This document shows positions 52,098-64,000 of a stretch of DNA of 64,000 bases, one piece after another. The stretch is from Auanema rhodensis (Eukaryota; Animalia; Nematoda): the NCBI GenBank assembly GCA_964057225.1, contig OZ059898.1:13702001-13766000 (forward strand), given 5' to 3'. The notes under the pieces are model-generated. The model was not told where the DNA came from. It ran no database searches and saw only the letters and a program-made list of their open reading frames with translations. Numbering within the stretch: the stretch's first letter is position 1; the number at the start of each line of letters is the position of its first letter. Made by a program: the position numbers and the translations under genes.

Positions 52098-55000
52098 AAA
52101 AAATGGCGTTGTGAGACTAAAAAGAACATTTTAACCTCTGAAAGAAGATATTGAAAGGAAATCTGAGAAATGATCGACACACACCATGGAGGGCCATGTA
52201 TTGAGCTTGGGCCATTCCCATTTTCTCACTTCTATTTCTCTGTGTTGCCCCACGTCGGCTTTCTTCTATCTCGATTTGCTCACTCTTTCTCTATTTCCGT
52301 TTTTGCTTCTACTACTACTACCTCATCATTTTTCTGATTTTGGCTTCATTCAAAAAATAAGAAGTTTTTTTGATCTGAATAGAAAGAGCTGGATGTCTTT
52401 CATTTCTGTTTGCTTGTGGCCGAAATTCAGTACAACTGCAAAATATTAATATGCCTAAAGATTCATAAGAAAAATATTGTAAAACTTGTCACGAGATAGC
52501 ATTTTTTTGTCAAAAATGAGATGACTCGCAGTTCTTATTGAGAACTCGATGCTTTATTATCTCTGTGTCCGCAACTTTATTTGGACAAACAACTTCATGA
52601 TATCCTGAACGCTCAATAGCAAAAATAAAATAAAAAAGAGAAAGAATGTTATTTCTCTTGTGAAATCCGAAAAGAAAGATATCGAATTAGCTTGTTCATC
52701 TTTAGCGCTGGCCAATACATCTTATGGAAACGAACAAAACGAACTCGTAGTCACACTGCAATGCTCACAGCAGGACTTCAAGAAAGAAAATTGAACGAAA
52801 TAGAACCAAAAATGGCTGGAGAATGAGAAGGGAAAACGGACTGAAAACTGAAAAAAAATGAAGCTGTAAACGAAAAAAAGAAATTAAAATCGTGACGAAA
52901 TGAGAGTCAAGGGAGTTGAGCGATTGATGGTGGCGACCAAGTTGTGGTGCATGTTATTCCCCTGTCTAATTTGGACAGTTTTATCAGAAAAGGAGAAATA
53001 AGAAGATAGTACTGAAATGAGAAGATCAAAGAAAAACAAATCTTTCATATTTTGTATTCTTAATATTATGATAGAAAGGTATTAGATTAATATTCTTTTC
53101 TGTCTGTTCAGTGAGCGTCATTTTGACGCAGCTGAGTCCGTTTGGTGAAATAAAAAGTAAATAGTAGTTTGTATGAATATCAGTATTAGACAAAAAATAA
53201 TAATATGCTTTATAATATTTGGAGAAAAAGAAAAATGAGGAAGAAGAAGAAAAAGAAAAAGCAGAAGAATAAGAATAAGAAGAAAAAAACAAAGTAAATC
53301 ATAAAAGTTGTTGAAAGACTATACTTCAAATAGGAAATGAAGTACAAGATCATTAGTAGTTGATTCATCCATCGTAACTCAGCAGTAAAGATAGGCATGG
53401 AATAGCATCAAACATTTAAACTTATGGATGTATTCTTGTCTTCGGAAGACATTCACAATAGACGAGAAGAGATAGTATATCTAAGAAAAGTAAAATAGAA
53501 ATAGCCCCAGATACATTGAAAAGTTAGTGAAAATGTATTGAGTGAAGCTTGTCCGAATAGAATATTGAAGATAGAATGCTCAAATTAGCTCCAATGCTAA
53601 TCGTTGAAGCATATGTAAATTCTTCTTTCTTGACTTGTTTCTAGTCAAACAAGTAGTATGATAGATAGATAAGCATGTACTTAAAGATAGAATAAATCAT
53701 ATTTGCAATTACAGACACTGACGAAGTGATTTTAACTATCCGATTCAGGCATTTGGGTGGTTAAACTGCTTGAATAGAACTTCTAGTCTGATCGCTGGCG
53801 GAGAAATTTCCGCTTTCTCTCTCATATATCGGAATTTTGTGCGGGATTTAAGTGAACATGGGTAATTGTCAATTTCTCTTCAGTTGAAGTACTTGTAACC
53901 CATAGGGAATATATGGACTTATGGATATACTTATAACAAAAGAAAGTTGATAATAGTTTTCAAATTGTTTGAAAAGTAACAAAAAATTCCATTGATTTCT
54001 CAATTTCAACAAAGAATTTGAAAACATGCTCATGCTCTGAAAATAGAGTAAGATAAAGACAATAGAACTTTAAGAAATATGAAGGTGAAGGCTTTCTCAT
54101 AATCATGCAACACTTATTTTGTGAATAACTCAATCAACACTAATTGAAAACAAGAAAGAAAAACATTTTTTCAGCTAAATTTTCATTAAAATATTCTGTG
54201 ATATGCTGTGACATGTGAGATCAGATTATAATTTGCTGTGGTTTGTCATAACATTGTCTATGTGTTGAAATCTTTTGTTTTACTAATTATTTAAGTTAGG
54301 TTGACAAAAAGCTTGATGATAAGGAGGAAACTGTTGAATAATTCTGAAGACTTGAAGCAGTTTTCTACTAACTAATGTGGGACTGTTTGATTTTTATAGC
54401 AGATGAGGACTCTCAGTAAATGAGCAATAAAGAGTGGAGGGAATGTAGGAAAAAGATGAGTGATACTGAGATGACTTGCTTGAAGGTAAGTGATGGTTGT
54501 TATTGAATAAAGCCCTCGCTCACACTTAAAACTTTGGTCACAAACTTTGAAAATACTATTTTTGTTTATTTTTTCTCTTTTTTTTTTCATCAAAAAAAAA
54601 GTTTTTTTTCTGAATAAACGAATGAAAAAGGGAGAGAGTGTTATTATTTTGAAAATGAATGATAGGAGAAAATTGAAAAAATGAAACTAAACAGTTGGAA
54701 ATGAAAAGTATTTTATACAAGAAACTGCCAAATTCATTCACATACTGCATGTACATACATATATCTTTTGCCTTAACTAGGAATAATGTGTCCCCGTTTC
54801 GTCTTCAACACAATCTCTTCTAATCACAGTTTCTATTGAGCAGATTGTCAGACTCAGCTGCTAGCCTAATTAGGAACTAAAGGCCCATAGAGTGGCAAAA
54901 CGAGAAGAGAAAGAGGAAAATCATGAAAGAGCTATGCGATGGAACTATTTCCATCTGTATTCAGTAGATAAAGATCGAAAAAAAAGAAAGTAGGTTTGAA

Positions 55001-56299
55001 AGAATTTAATTTTCTTTCTCTCTTTCTCTCACTCTCCCTTTTCTCTATCTCATTTTGTATCTATCTCTCTTTCTCTTGTTGGAAGTGCTATGAACGAGCA
55101 TTCTCTTAAAAAAATTAACATCTGGTTATTTCGGATTACTTCTATTCTTCAAACAATAACTATAATAAAAATTTATTATTATTATTTTTATTTTTATTAT
55201 TATGAGAATATTCAATTTATATTATATTTAATGTAATATAAATATAGAGCATAGTTTAATAATTTCAGATGCAAGACAATTCGATAGTGAAATGCAAGAA
55301 TTGTTCACCACGGAGATCATAAAAGAATTTTCAAATTTCAATTGCTTTTACACTAAGAGCATGCAGAAGACTTATGACAATAGAAATGTTTTAAATGACG
55401 TGAAAAATGTCTTCAAAATGTAGGAAGTGGTTGTTGGATGGAAGACAATAAAATAGAAACTGAGGCACATGAATGAACTTGATCTTAGCTTCAACAGTAC
55501 AATCAGGGAATTTTTTTGGACGCCAGAATGAGAAAAGAAAACAGAATAAAGACAACAACAAATTGTCTTCTTCAGCTCTTCTCATATGCTTCATCTTCTT
55601 CTTCTTCTTATACATCATTGACTTAAAAATTCAGAAGAGATTGAATTCAAAGTACAGCTAGCTTGTCAATCGAAATAAGCAATTGCCATTTCGTTTTTGT
55701 GCTCTACAGAAAGAGCCGAACTGAGCCCAGCTTATAGAGACACAGAGAATTTCGCTATTTCATGAATGTCCTCCAACAGCAACTTCAATGTCTTCATGCA
55801 TGATGACGACTCAGCGGAAGACAACGGAGGCTCTAGACAGCTGAATCGAAAGGGATTATAACATGAGCAGCTACTATATTTAGTTTATGACAAGTCAATT
55901 GGTGATTTTTAAGTTGAATACTCTATTCTTTTATTGAAAATATTTGTAAAACGAATCTAATATTTATTGCTGAAAAAAAGAAAGTTCGCATAAAATAGAT
56001 GATGACAAATTAAAAATTTGCATTTTATGGATCATTGTTTGGTGACTGAACACATTTCAAGGGATTCAACAGACGAATAAAATAGGATTTTGTTGTTAAA
56101 TTGAAAACAAATGAAGAATACTAGTAAACATGAACTCAACGGTTTCTAAGAATTTTAATAAATTCAAATAAATTTAATTTTGCAGCGAAGGAAGTCTAGT
56201 AGCCAAGTAAATAATAATATTTACTAGTTTTTTTTAAAAAAAAAAAGAAGCAAAATATCTTCTTTATTAACATTTAATTTTGTAAGAATTCAATTTAAG

Positions 56300-56356
56300 T
56301 ACAACCGCTCATCTCATCTTTGAACTTAAAAATGATACGAATATAGTGACGTGAAA
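56300..56356 (+). promoter_or_regulatory. Dispersed bipartite element copy (single ACGT core)
   Basis: TACAACCGC at 56300-56308; TGACGTGAAA with ACGT at 56349. Confidence 0.55.
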
Positions 56357-58745
56357 TGAAAAAAAATTATATATCGTTGAAACTTAATCATCATTCTTGA
56401 AAATGAAGAGTGAAGATCTAGGTGACATAAGATAGAGACCAGATGTAATATTGAAGTTAGAACTAGATCAATTCAGAGAAAGACGACAATAAATAATAGG
56501 CGTAAGCCTTTTTGATAGGAAAAGGAGCTTATAGCATATATCTCAACTAGTATATGGAATAAATATATGCATATATTATATAATATATAAGTTCAATAGC
56601 TATGAAACAATTTTATAATTCTTAAATATTTTTATAAATTTATAACGTGGGGCTAAGCAAAAAACTATTTGAGTCGGAATTTTCTGAAAAAAAAAATAAA
56701 AGGCTAACGAATGCTTTTGTGGCTTAGAAGGTACGAGGAAACAAAAAAAAGTTGAAAAGAAAGAATTAAGTACTTTCGATTCATTCGAGCGATTTGAATA
56801 CAAATTTGGATTGTTCTGAGCAATAAGAACGAATAACACACAAGATATTTGGTTGAAATTAGTTACTTGGATATATATAAAGAAATGACAAGAAATGAAA
56901 CCTAAAAAGAACGACAGAGAATGAGTAGAAAAAACAGAGAGAGAGAGGGAGAAAAGAATAAAAGATATATTTATATATAGAAAAGGAGGGGGCTATTTGA
57001 AGAGGGCTGATGCAAAAAACAGCTTGTCAAATCATTATAAAAAAGTTGAAAAGCAGCAAGGACTGGGCAAATGAAGGACTGGGCAAAGGCAATTCTTGGA
57101 GAAAACTAAAGTAAAGTTATATCAGAGTTATTAAACTTTAAATGTGATCTTTGCTTTGAAAAGTTTCGATGTATTAATTTAACAGCTAAATAGCATATAT
57201 AGCTTCTTAATCGGAAAGCCTTATATACAAAGGTTTCACAAAGTCAATAACTATGGGCATGTTCTGAACAAGAAAGTTGAGATAAAGTAGTTGGACTACG
57301 CTCCAAAGTATACAAGCGTGACAAACTTCCAGAAACGGCCTGAGAAATAAAGCAATTAAATAAATGGATGGTTCACAAGCATAGCTGTGGTGCCCAATTG
57401 TGGAGGGGTGGGAGTTGAATGTCCGAAAACGGAAGACAGCGTCGATGAGTCAAAGAGTCAAATAGAGACAGAAGACGAGGTGTATGTCAGTCACTTTAGC
57501 CACTCTTTAAAGAAAAGCGACAAGCAGCTGGCTTTTAGTTTCTGACGGTTTCATGATAATTGCAAAGGAATAACCACACAAGAGTTACTAGTTAATTTGC
57601 TAAAGAAGATACTTTGTTGGAAAAATTGCTACGATCAATGGGCACAACAGAACTAAAAAGAAGAACAGCTGCGAAGTTCTGAGCTCGTTATATGAGACAC
57701 TGTTAATGACCTTTCGCATTTTTTATTAAATATTAAAATAAGAACTAGTATATATGCATATCTAAGCTATAACCATACATATGCATATATACTATGTGAG
57801 AACTAAAAGAGAAAGGATGCTTTTTAGTGAAGCATTTCTCCTCTTTGCCTCATGACAAGAGCCTGGAACCTCATTGGTCCCTTGAGGATGAAACCCCGGA
57901 CATCGAGCCGTTGCCGACGAATCACACAACAAGCCTTTAGACTGCCTCTTCTTATTTCTGGTGTGAATTGCTATTGACTTGAAAAAAAAGGCGGTAAGAT
58001 TAATCTGGTTCTCAGTCCTATTTTCAAAAATTAGAGAAGGTAGCGCCGTAGACTGACATAAAGATATCTTATTCACTCTTCTCGGTTTCACTTTCTCAAA
58101 ACAATCTCATTGTGTGCTTTCACTGGCTAGGAATTATAAGATGACTGGTAACTTACTAGTCGTTTTCGTAACTCATCGAATCTAAATCAAAGCCTATGAT
58201 CTTTGCTTTTCAATTAAAAATGCATTGTTATTCAGAATTTGAAAACCTCTCCATCCAATGAATTTTAGTGAAAGAAGCTGCCAGACTACACGACGAGTTT
58301 CCAATTAAATGGAAAATTGTACTATTACTAGTACTAAGAGTATTTTTCTGCAACGAGAATGGAAATCATGAGAATGACGTTGCCAGACATAAACTATAAC
58401 TTGTGTTTCCTATATCGATGAGAATTAACTCTGTCCAGAAAATAGCATCCTCTATCTTCCTGGTCTGACATTGCTTGGGATCGTTGGTCACAGCTGTTGC
58501 TGAACGCTTCAATAGAATTTATATCCACCCAGCAATCATGGCGCACAAAATAAACGTTCAGAAAATACTAATAAGAAGAATTCTTCAATGAATTTGACGC
58601 ACTAATGCCAGCCACAATTAGAATTGTTACAGAAATGTATATAAGGAAAGAAATTGCATTAATTTATAAACTATATTTCAATAAATTATACAAACAAGTA
58701 CAATCTAAAATTTCATATACAACCTGTTCAGCACTCGTAAATCGA

Positions 58746-59974
58746 TTAATATTTGTAGAATCCTTCACCAGACTTTCTTCCGAGTTTACCTTCAGAAACC
58801 AACTTGTCTAAAGTATCGCTGGGCTTGAAGCTGGGTTCATTAGGATATTGCTGATGCCATCCTATGAATTTACGAGTTTATAAGATTAATCTCAAGAATT
58901 TAGCTTACCATCCATAATGAACTTCAGGGTATCAAGCCCGACGTAATCAGCCAATTCGAATGGTCCCATTGGATATCCAGCTCCTAACTTCATAGCAACA
59001 TCAACATCCTAAAATGAACTATACGATAAGATATATCCCATCCAAAACTTACTTGCTTGGAGGCATCTCCACGCTCATGAAGTCTCAAGGCTTCCAACAT
59101 GTATGGAACAAGAAGTCTGTTCACAATAAATCCGGGAGTGTCCTATAATACCAAAATCATTAAATTAAATCATTAAAACATTTTGTATACCTTGCAAGCA
59201 ACTGTGACCTTTCCGATTTGTTTTCCGTACTCCATCAAAGTACTGAAAGTCTGATCAGAAGTTTCTTTGTGACGAACAACCTAAAAATGTTATTCAAATC
59301 AGGTTCCAGTACAATTCCCCACCTCCAAAAGTTTCATCATTGGAACTGGGTTGAAGAAGTGGAGTCCTCCAAACTGCGATTTGTTGGAAAGGTTGGCACC
59401 AATGTCTTCTAGACGAAGAGAAGAAGTGTTGGTAGTGAGGATAGCAGAGCTATAAATGATAACTGTATTGCATTCAACGAATTGATCATGGAACCTTTTG
59501 GCAGCCTGTTCAACTTCAGAGAATAGTTTTCTCTTAATTCCGATATTTTCAACAATGGCTTCGATGACGAGGTCAGCATCTTTAACGGCATCAGCCACAA
59601 CAGTGGTAGTTTTAAGATGAGATAGAGTAGAAGATACAAGACCGTCAGCTTTCTACAACAAAACATGAGCTTCTGTTAGAGTAAACACAAACCTGTTGAT
59701 CATCAGCAAACTTTTTCTTGGCGATTCTTTTAAGGGAGGTTTCAATAGACTTCTCTGCCTTCTTCAAAGCATCTTGAGACTGGTCGACAAGAACTACATT
59801 GATCTTAGCGTTAGCAGTAACCTAAAAAACATAACTTGGGATTTCAAAATATTGATGTTGTACCTGGGCAATTCCTGATCCCATAAGACCAGCTCCGATA
59901 ATAGCAACATTGCTAATTTTGTTCATAGAAGAACTAGTAGACAACTGACGAGCAGCACTTACAGCGGCCAACAT
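58746..59974 (-). CDS. Mitochondrial 3-hydroxyacyl-CoA dehydrogenase (HADH/SCHAD; similar to C. elegans B0272.3)
   Basis: Presequence [104 protein letters not shown]-type C-terminus. Confidence 0.95.
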
Positions 59975-60209
59975 ATCTTCAATACTATTCAATATAGAAA
60001 AGAAACTCAAATCAAAATAATGAAGTAAAACCGAAATCAACGGTTGCTGGGGTACAAAGTACAGTACGCAAAATGTATGATATGACCGTGATTGTTTATG
60101 GAAGAAAATTTTTTTATATGAACGATAAAACAGATATAAAACATTTGAATTAAATACCAGTAACGCAAAAAACACCGAATAAACAAGCCAGAAGGAAATT
60201 AAAACCAAA

Positions 60210-63200
60210 TTAGCAGATTGCTTCCAAAAGTTTTTTACGATCTTCCGTATTCATGAAAATTGCTTTAACTAATGATCGAACTTCATTTGGTGTTAGCCAT
60301 TGAGCTAAAGGTCCTTTTCCATCACACCACCTGTCGTCAACGCCCTGTTGCGGATACGTATAATAGATATAACAATAGTTTAATTAAACCTTTAAAGATC
60401 CATTCAGGCAAAATATGATTTCTTTAGACCTGAAATATGGAGCTTCACAAACCATACTAATACAGGTGGATCCCCGAACCTTCAAGAAAATATATTTAAC
60501 TATTTGATGAAGAAAAGATAAAAGTTACCACAAAGATAGCTTCGAGTTCTTTCAAAATATTCTGAAGAATTGGAGCCGCAGTCTCTGCATCATTACTTCT
60601 AATATCTTCTAACTCCAAAAATATGGAACAGATATCACTTAAAAAGAAGCCAACTACATTTCCCAAAGCTTTACAGAATACAGCCTCGGAAAGAACCTGT
60701 AACAGAAAAAACAAAGAAGTTACAAAGAATAAATAAAAAACTGGCGTACCTCCTTCCAAACAACAGCTACAGATTTGATAAGCATAAGACAAGAATCTAT
60801 TGTTCTTTGACACTCCTTTAAACGGTCGTATTCATGCAAATTATTAAAAACTGAATATAAAATTATTTTTGTTTTAAAAGGGTGAACATACTATCACGAT
60901 CAGCTAGAATAGTGCTAATCTGGCGTCTACACTGAGCTAACATTTGCTCCATAGAATCAGCAGCAATTTCCCTTAGTCCCCATACAGATTTTATACCAAT
61001 AGGGCGAAAATGATCGTACTATAAGCATAAATATGAGTAAATATGAGTAAATTTGATCAATTTGTCGTACTTTTGTCGAATCTTTCTTAACATTCTTGAG
61101 GATTCCGAAAGGTAACATCAAAATTCTGTGGCAAATATAGTAGGCATTATTATAAAAAACAGCTGAAAAAAGTTTTCAATAATAACAAATATCTAAAGAA
61201 AACAATAACCAGCAGCTTCAGGAACTGAGCTGATAGTAGGGCAATGATGTTTCGGGGCTACAATTAAATAATATTGAAGCATATTCGAAGCAGTTACAGC
61301 TAGACGGGCACATAAGCTCTAAACAAAGTTTAAAAAAAAGAAGAAAAAAATGTAATTACTTCATTATCAGCATTAACTGCATCAGTCAAAGTCTTTTCTA
61401 GTAAGAAAACAAAATCTTCAGCAGATTTACTGTAAACTGCTTATTACAAAAAAAAATAATAACTTCATACCTGATTTTGCACTTCAATAGCTGCATTAGT
61501 TTGGGATAAGTTTGATCACAATTTGTTAAGTTTGGCATAGGCTGACCAAAGGCAGACAGAAAATCGGTTATCGTTTCTTCTTGAAACTCTTCAACACCAC
61601 CAACCTGGAATGTGAACAAAATAACACCGAAGCTCCAAATCGACTTACTGTTTTCAACTCAATATATGGTTGGCGAACAAGCTCCTTAGCTTGGGTAAGT
61701 ATGGAAAGGCAACGACGAGAAATAAATACAGTTTCGTTAGCTTCAGCAAAAACACTGAATTTTGGAGTGATCTCATTCCAGATGTTTAATTCCTTAAAAA
61801 CATATAACATAACCACATAAAAGATATATTTTACAATCATTTTCTTTCTGAAATTTTCAGCAAGCTTCATAACTTCATCAAACTTGGGATCTTTTTGATC
61901 GCAGAAAGGAACAGCGATAGAGATACATTCCTATTAAAATAAAAATAAAAATTGATCATGAGAAAGGAAACACCTTGATAATCATAGTCATCAATGGTTC
62001 TTCCATATATTTGCCTATATATCTAGTCAAAATATCTCCATTAACATCAATATCCTGAAGTGATGCACTCAAGTTAGTAAAAAACTCAGTAAGCGCACTG
62101 AAAACAAAACCATAATTTAAAATCTAAGAAAAAACAAAAAGATAAACAATATAAACGAATAAACATTACATAGTTTTGCAATGAAATAACAAGGGCAGAA
62201 AAGTCAAACTTACTTTAAAACACCATTAACATCAACATCTTTATTAGCAACTTTTCCTTTGCTTCGGACTTTGAAAGAACATATTCCTGGCTGAAAGAAA
62301 TAGATTACATCCCCTGTAAGTTTTTTTATAAACCTTGATAACATCACAGTCAAACACATCAACACCATCACGGCTATCAATCGCAGCTTTGCAAAAATGT
62401 TGAAGAATATCTTTAGTCCATTTAATCAGCTTTGGATCCAAATAACATAAAATTTGCATGGCAGTTAAATTCTATAGTAATAGACAATAAAGATATAAAA
62501 TGATACACCTACCAATGAAGTATTCGAAGAACTTTCGTTACATATGTTCAAGATAGTTACACCTTTAGTACTACATTGAGGAAATGAAATAAGTTTTTTG
62601 AACTCTTCACCAAGACTTAAAAATATTAAGATGTTTAGAAAAATAGATATAACTTGCCAGCAACGAAGAGAAGTGGCGTAATCATTAACTTCCTGTTTTA
62701 ATAATTTTCTGATTCTTTCGGTTAGCACAGAAGGATTCTCACTCTGCAAATTATTATTAAAATAGAACAGTTTATTCTACTAACCGCAATTTCATTCAAG
62801 TAGTCTATACATTCTGCTACTAGATTAGCATTAGTCAAAACGTTTGAAGAAGTAGTCCCTAGATTAACCATATTCGTTTCGATCAAGCACAATTTGTCAA
62901 TTAAATCCCTGCATTCTTTTACTTCAGACACCTCTTTTTGAAGAGATTTCTCCTTAAAATGGGGAGCCTTACTTATGATAAGGAGTAAAATATCCTACTG
63001 ATTCCCCGAGATTAATTATTTCATTTGAAGATACAATATTTTCGGCCACAGACAATTTATCAGTCACTTTTTTGCTTAACTCTTCTAACTGCACTCCAAT
63101 ATCTCCAAATGAAGCGGAAAAGCAAGGTACTCCAAGGCTATACTTAGTTTCTAAGTTCTTAGCCATTACCTCAAGATCTGCAGCAAATATTCATGAGGAT

Positions 63201-63265
63201 TAAACTTTTATCACATGCAAACCTCGCCCAATATCTCTTCTTAAAGAAGCAATTGTGTCTGCCAT
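60210..63265 (-). CDS. czw-1: ZW10 kinetochore/RZZ and NRZ tethering subunit
   Basis: C-terminal ZW10 signature VFYNNAYYICH ... EDIRSNDA ... RWCDGKGPLAQWLTPNEVRSLVKAIFMNTEDRKKLLEAIC*; exons traceable to ATG 63265. Confidence 0.9.
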
Positions 63266-63503
63266 CGTCTAGTCTTTAAACAAAAAGCTGCTAGTGAATG
63301 AATTATACAGAAACAGTTTAAAATTTTACGGACAATTCTGAAGTTTTAGAAAATATAAATACCCTCAAAACAGATTTGCATTAGCTTATTTCCAAACAAA
63401 ATTGAAATAATGAAACATATGTTCAAAAAAATGGCGCGAACATCAAAAAACGATAGAGCACGGATCAGTCCAAATTGAAGATTTGAAATGTATAACAAAC
63501 GAG

Positions 63504-63620
63504 AAAATTAAAAATATAACAATTTATTGAAGAAAAAATTAAAAATATAACAATTTATTGAAGAAAAAATTAATAATATAACAATTTATTTATTGAAGAA
63601 AAAATTAATAATAATAACAA
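63504..63620. repeat. ~31-bp tandem repeat (3+ copies) in the rhomboid 3' UTR
   Basis: Unit AAAATTAAAAATATAACAATTTATTGAAGAA: two identical copies, a third with small insertions and a partial fourth. Confidence 0.9.
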
Positions 63621-63636
63621 CAGACAATAATTCCTT

Positions 63637-64000
63637 CTAGAACTTAATATACACTTCTCTTTGAATTAATTAATCGGTGATCGGTAAAATCGTTCTACTA
63701 ATTTTCCGTATTTCTCCCAAATCAATCGTTCACCATAATGTGCATAGAATCTAGAATACAATGAAAGCAATAACTAATAAGAACTAAACTTACATTCCAA
63801 ATAATGTTCCTCCTAAATGAGCAGCATGATCAAACAACCGGAATCTAAATTAATTATAAATTTTAATAAAGTTAGAAAAGCATAATTCTAACCTGAATAA
63901 AAGTCCTGCCAGATCAAATAATAGAATACCCAATATAGCATTCTCCGCAGAAACTGTATAGCTTGGAAGAAATATTAAGCTAAGTTTCGCATCAGGAACT
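63637..64000 (-). CDS. rom-5: PARL-type mitochondrial rhomboid protease, 3' exons only (gene runs off the window)
   Basis: VPDAKLSLIFLPSYTVSAENAILGILLFDLAGLLFRFRLFDHAAHLGGTLFG...YAHYGERLIW; DHAAHLGG is the rhomboid catalytic-His motif. Confidence 0.85.

Noticed and set aside
55269-55423. Exon-like open frame after TTTCAG (DARQFDSEMQELF...)
   Set aside because: I could not find a phase-compatible upstream exon or any recognisable homology.
1-64000. CRISPR arrays, transposase or reverse-transcriptase ORFs, horizontally acquired genes, alternative genetic code
   Set aside because: None seen; all traced conserved exons translate with the standard code without internal stops.

Overview
AT-rich genomic DNA of a rhabditid (clade V) nematode; the species cannot be determined from the sequence alone. 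Genes are broken by many short (~40-60 nt) introns, so the ORF track shows only fragments. I assembled the gene models by hand from splice sites and by comparison with remembered C. elegans proteins; no searches were run. In order the window holds: a CNG channel (che-6-like, -), tRNA-Ala(AGC) (-), a cuticle collagen (+), an astacin nas-33 orthologue (+), unc-97/PINCH (-), an orphan multi-exon gene (+), a Ly6/three-finger-like GPI protein (-), an orphan 7TM protein (+), an NAD(P)-dependent epimerase/reductase (+), two tandem serpentine chemoreceptors (-), a long coiled-coil protein (-), a Gly/Tyr/Pro-rich secreted peptide (-), tandem stomatins (sto-4/sto-6-like, -), ~9 kb of non-coding DNA, and a tight minus-strand cluster of PARL rhomboid, ZW10 and 3-hydroxyacyl-CoA dehydrogenase. 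Several orthologues are X-linked in C. elegans. The most striking unexplained signal is a dispersed bipartite non-coding element: T(A/G)CAACCG(C), an unconserved AT-rich spacer of ~35-50 nt, then usually paired ACGT/CACGTG cores. About ten full or partial copies occur on both strands, in introns and intergenic DNA. Splicing signals are also relaxed, with three inferred GC-AG introns and many AAG acceptors.
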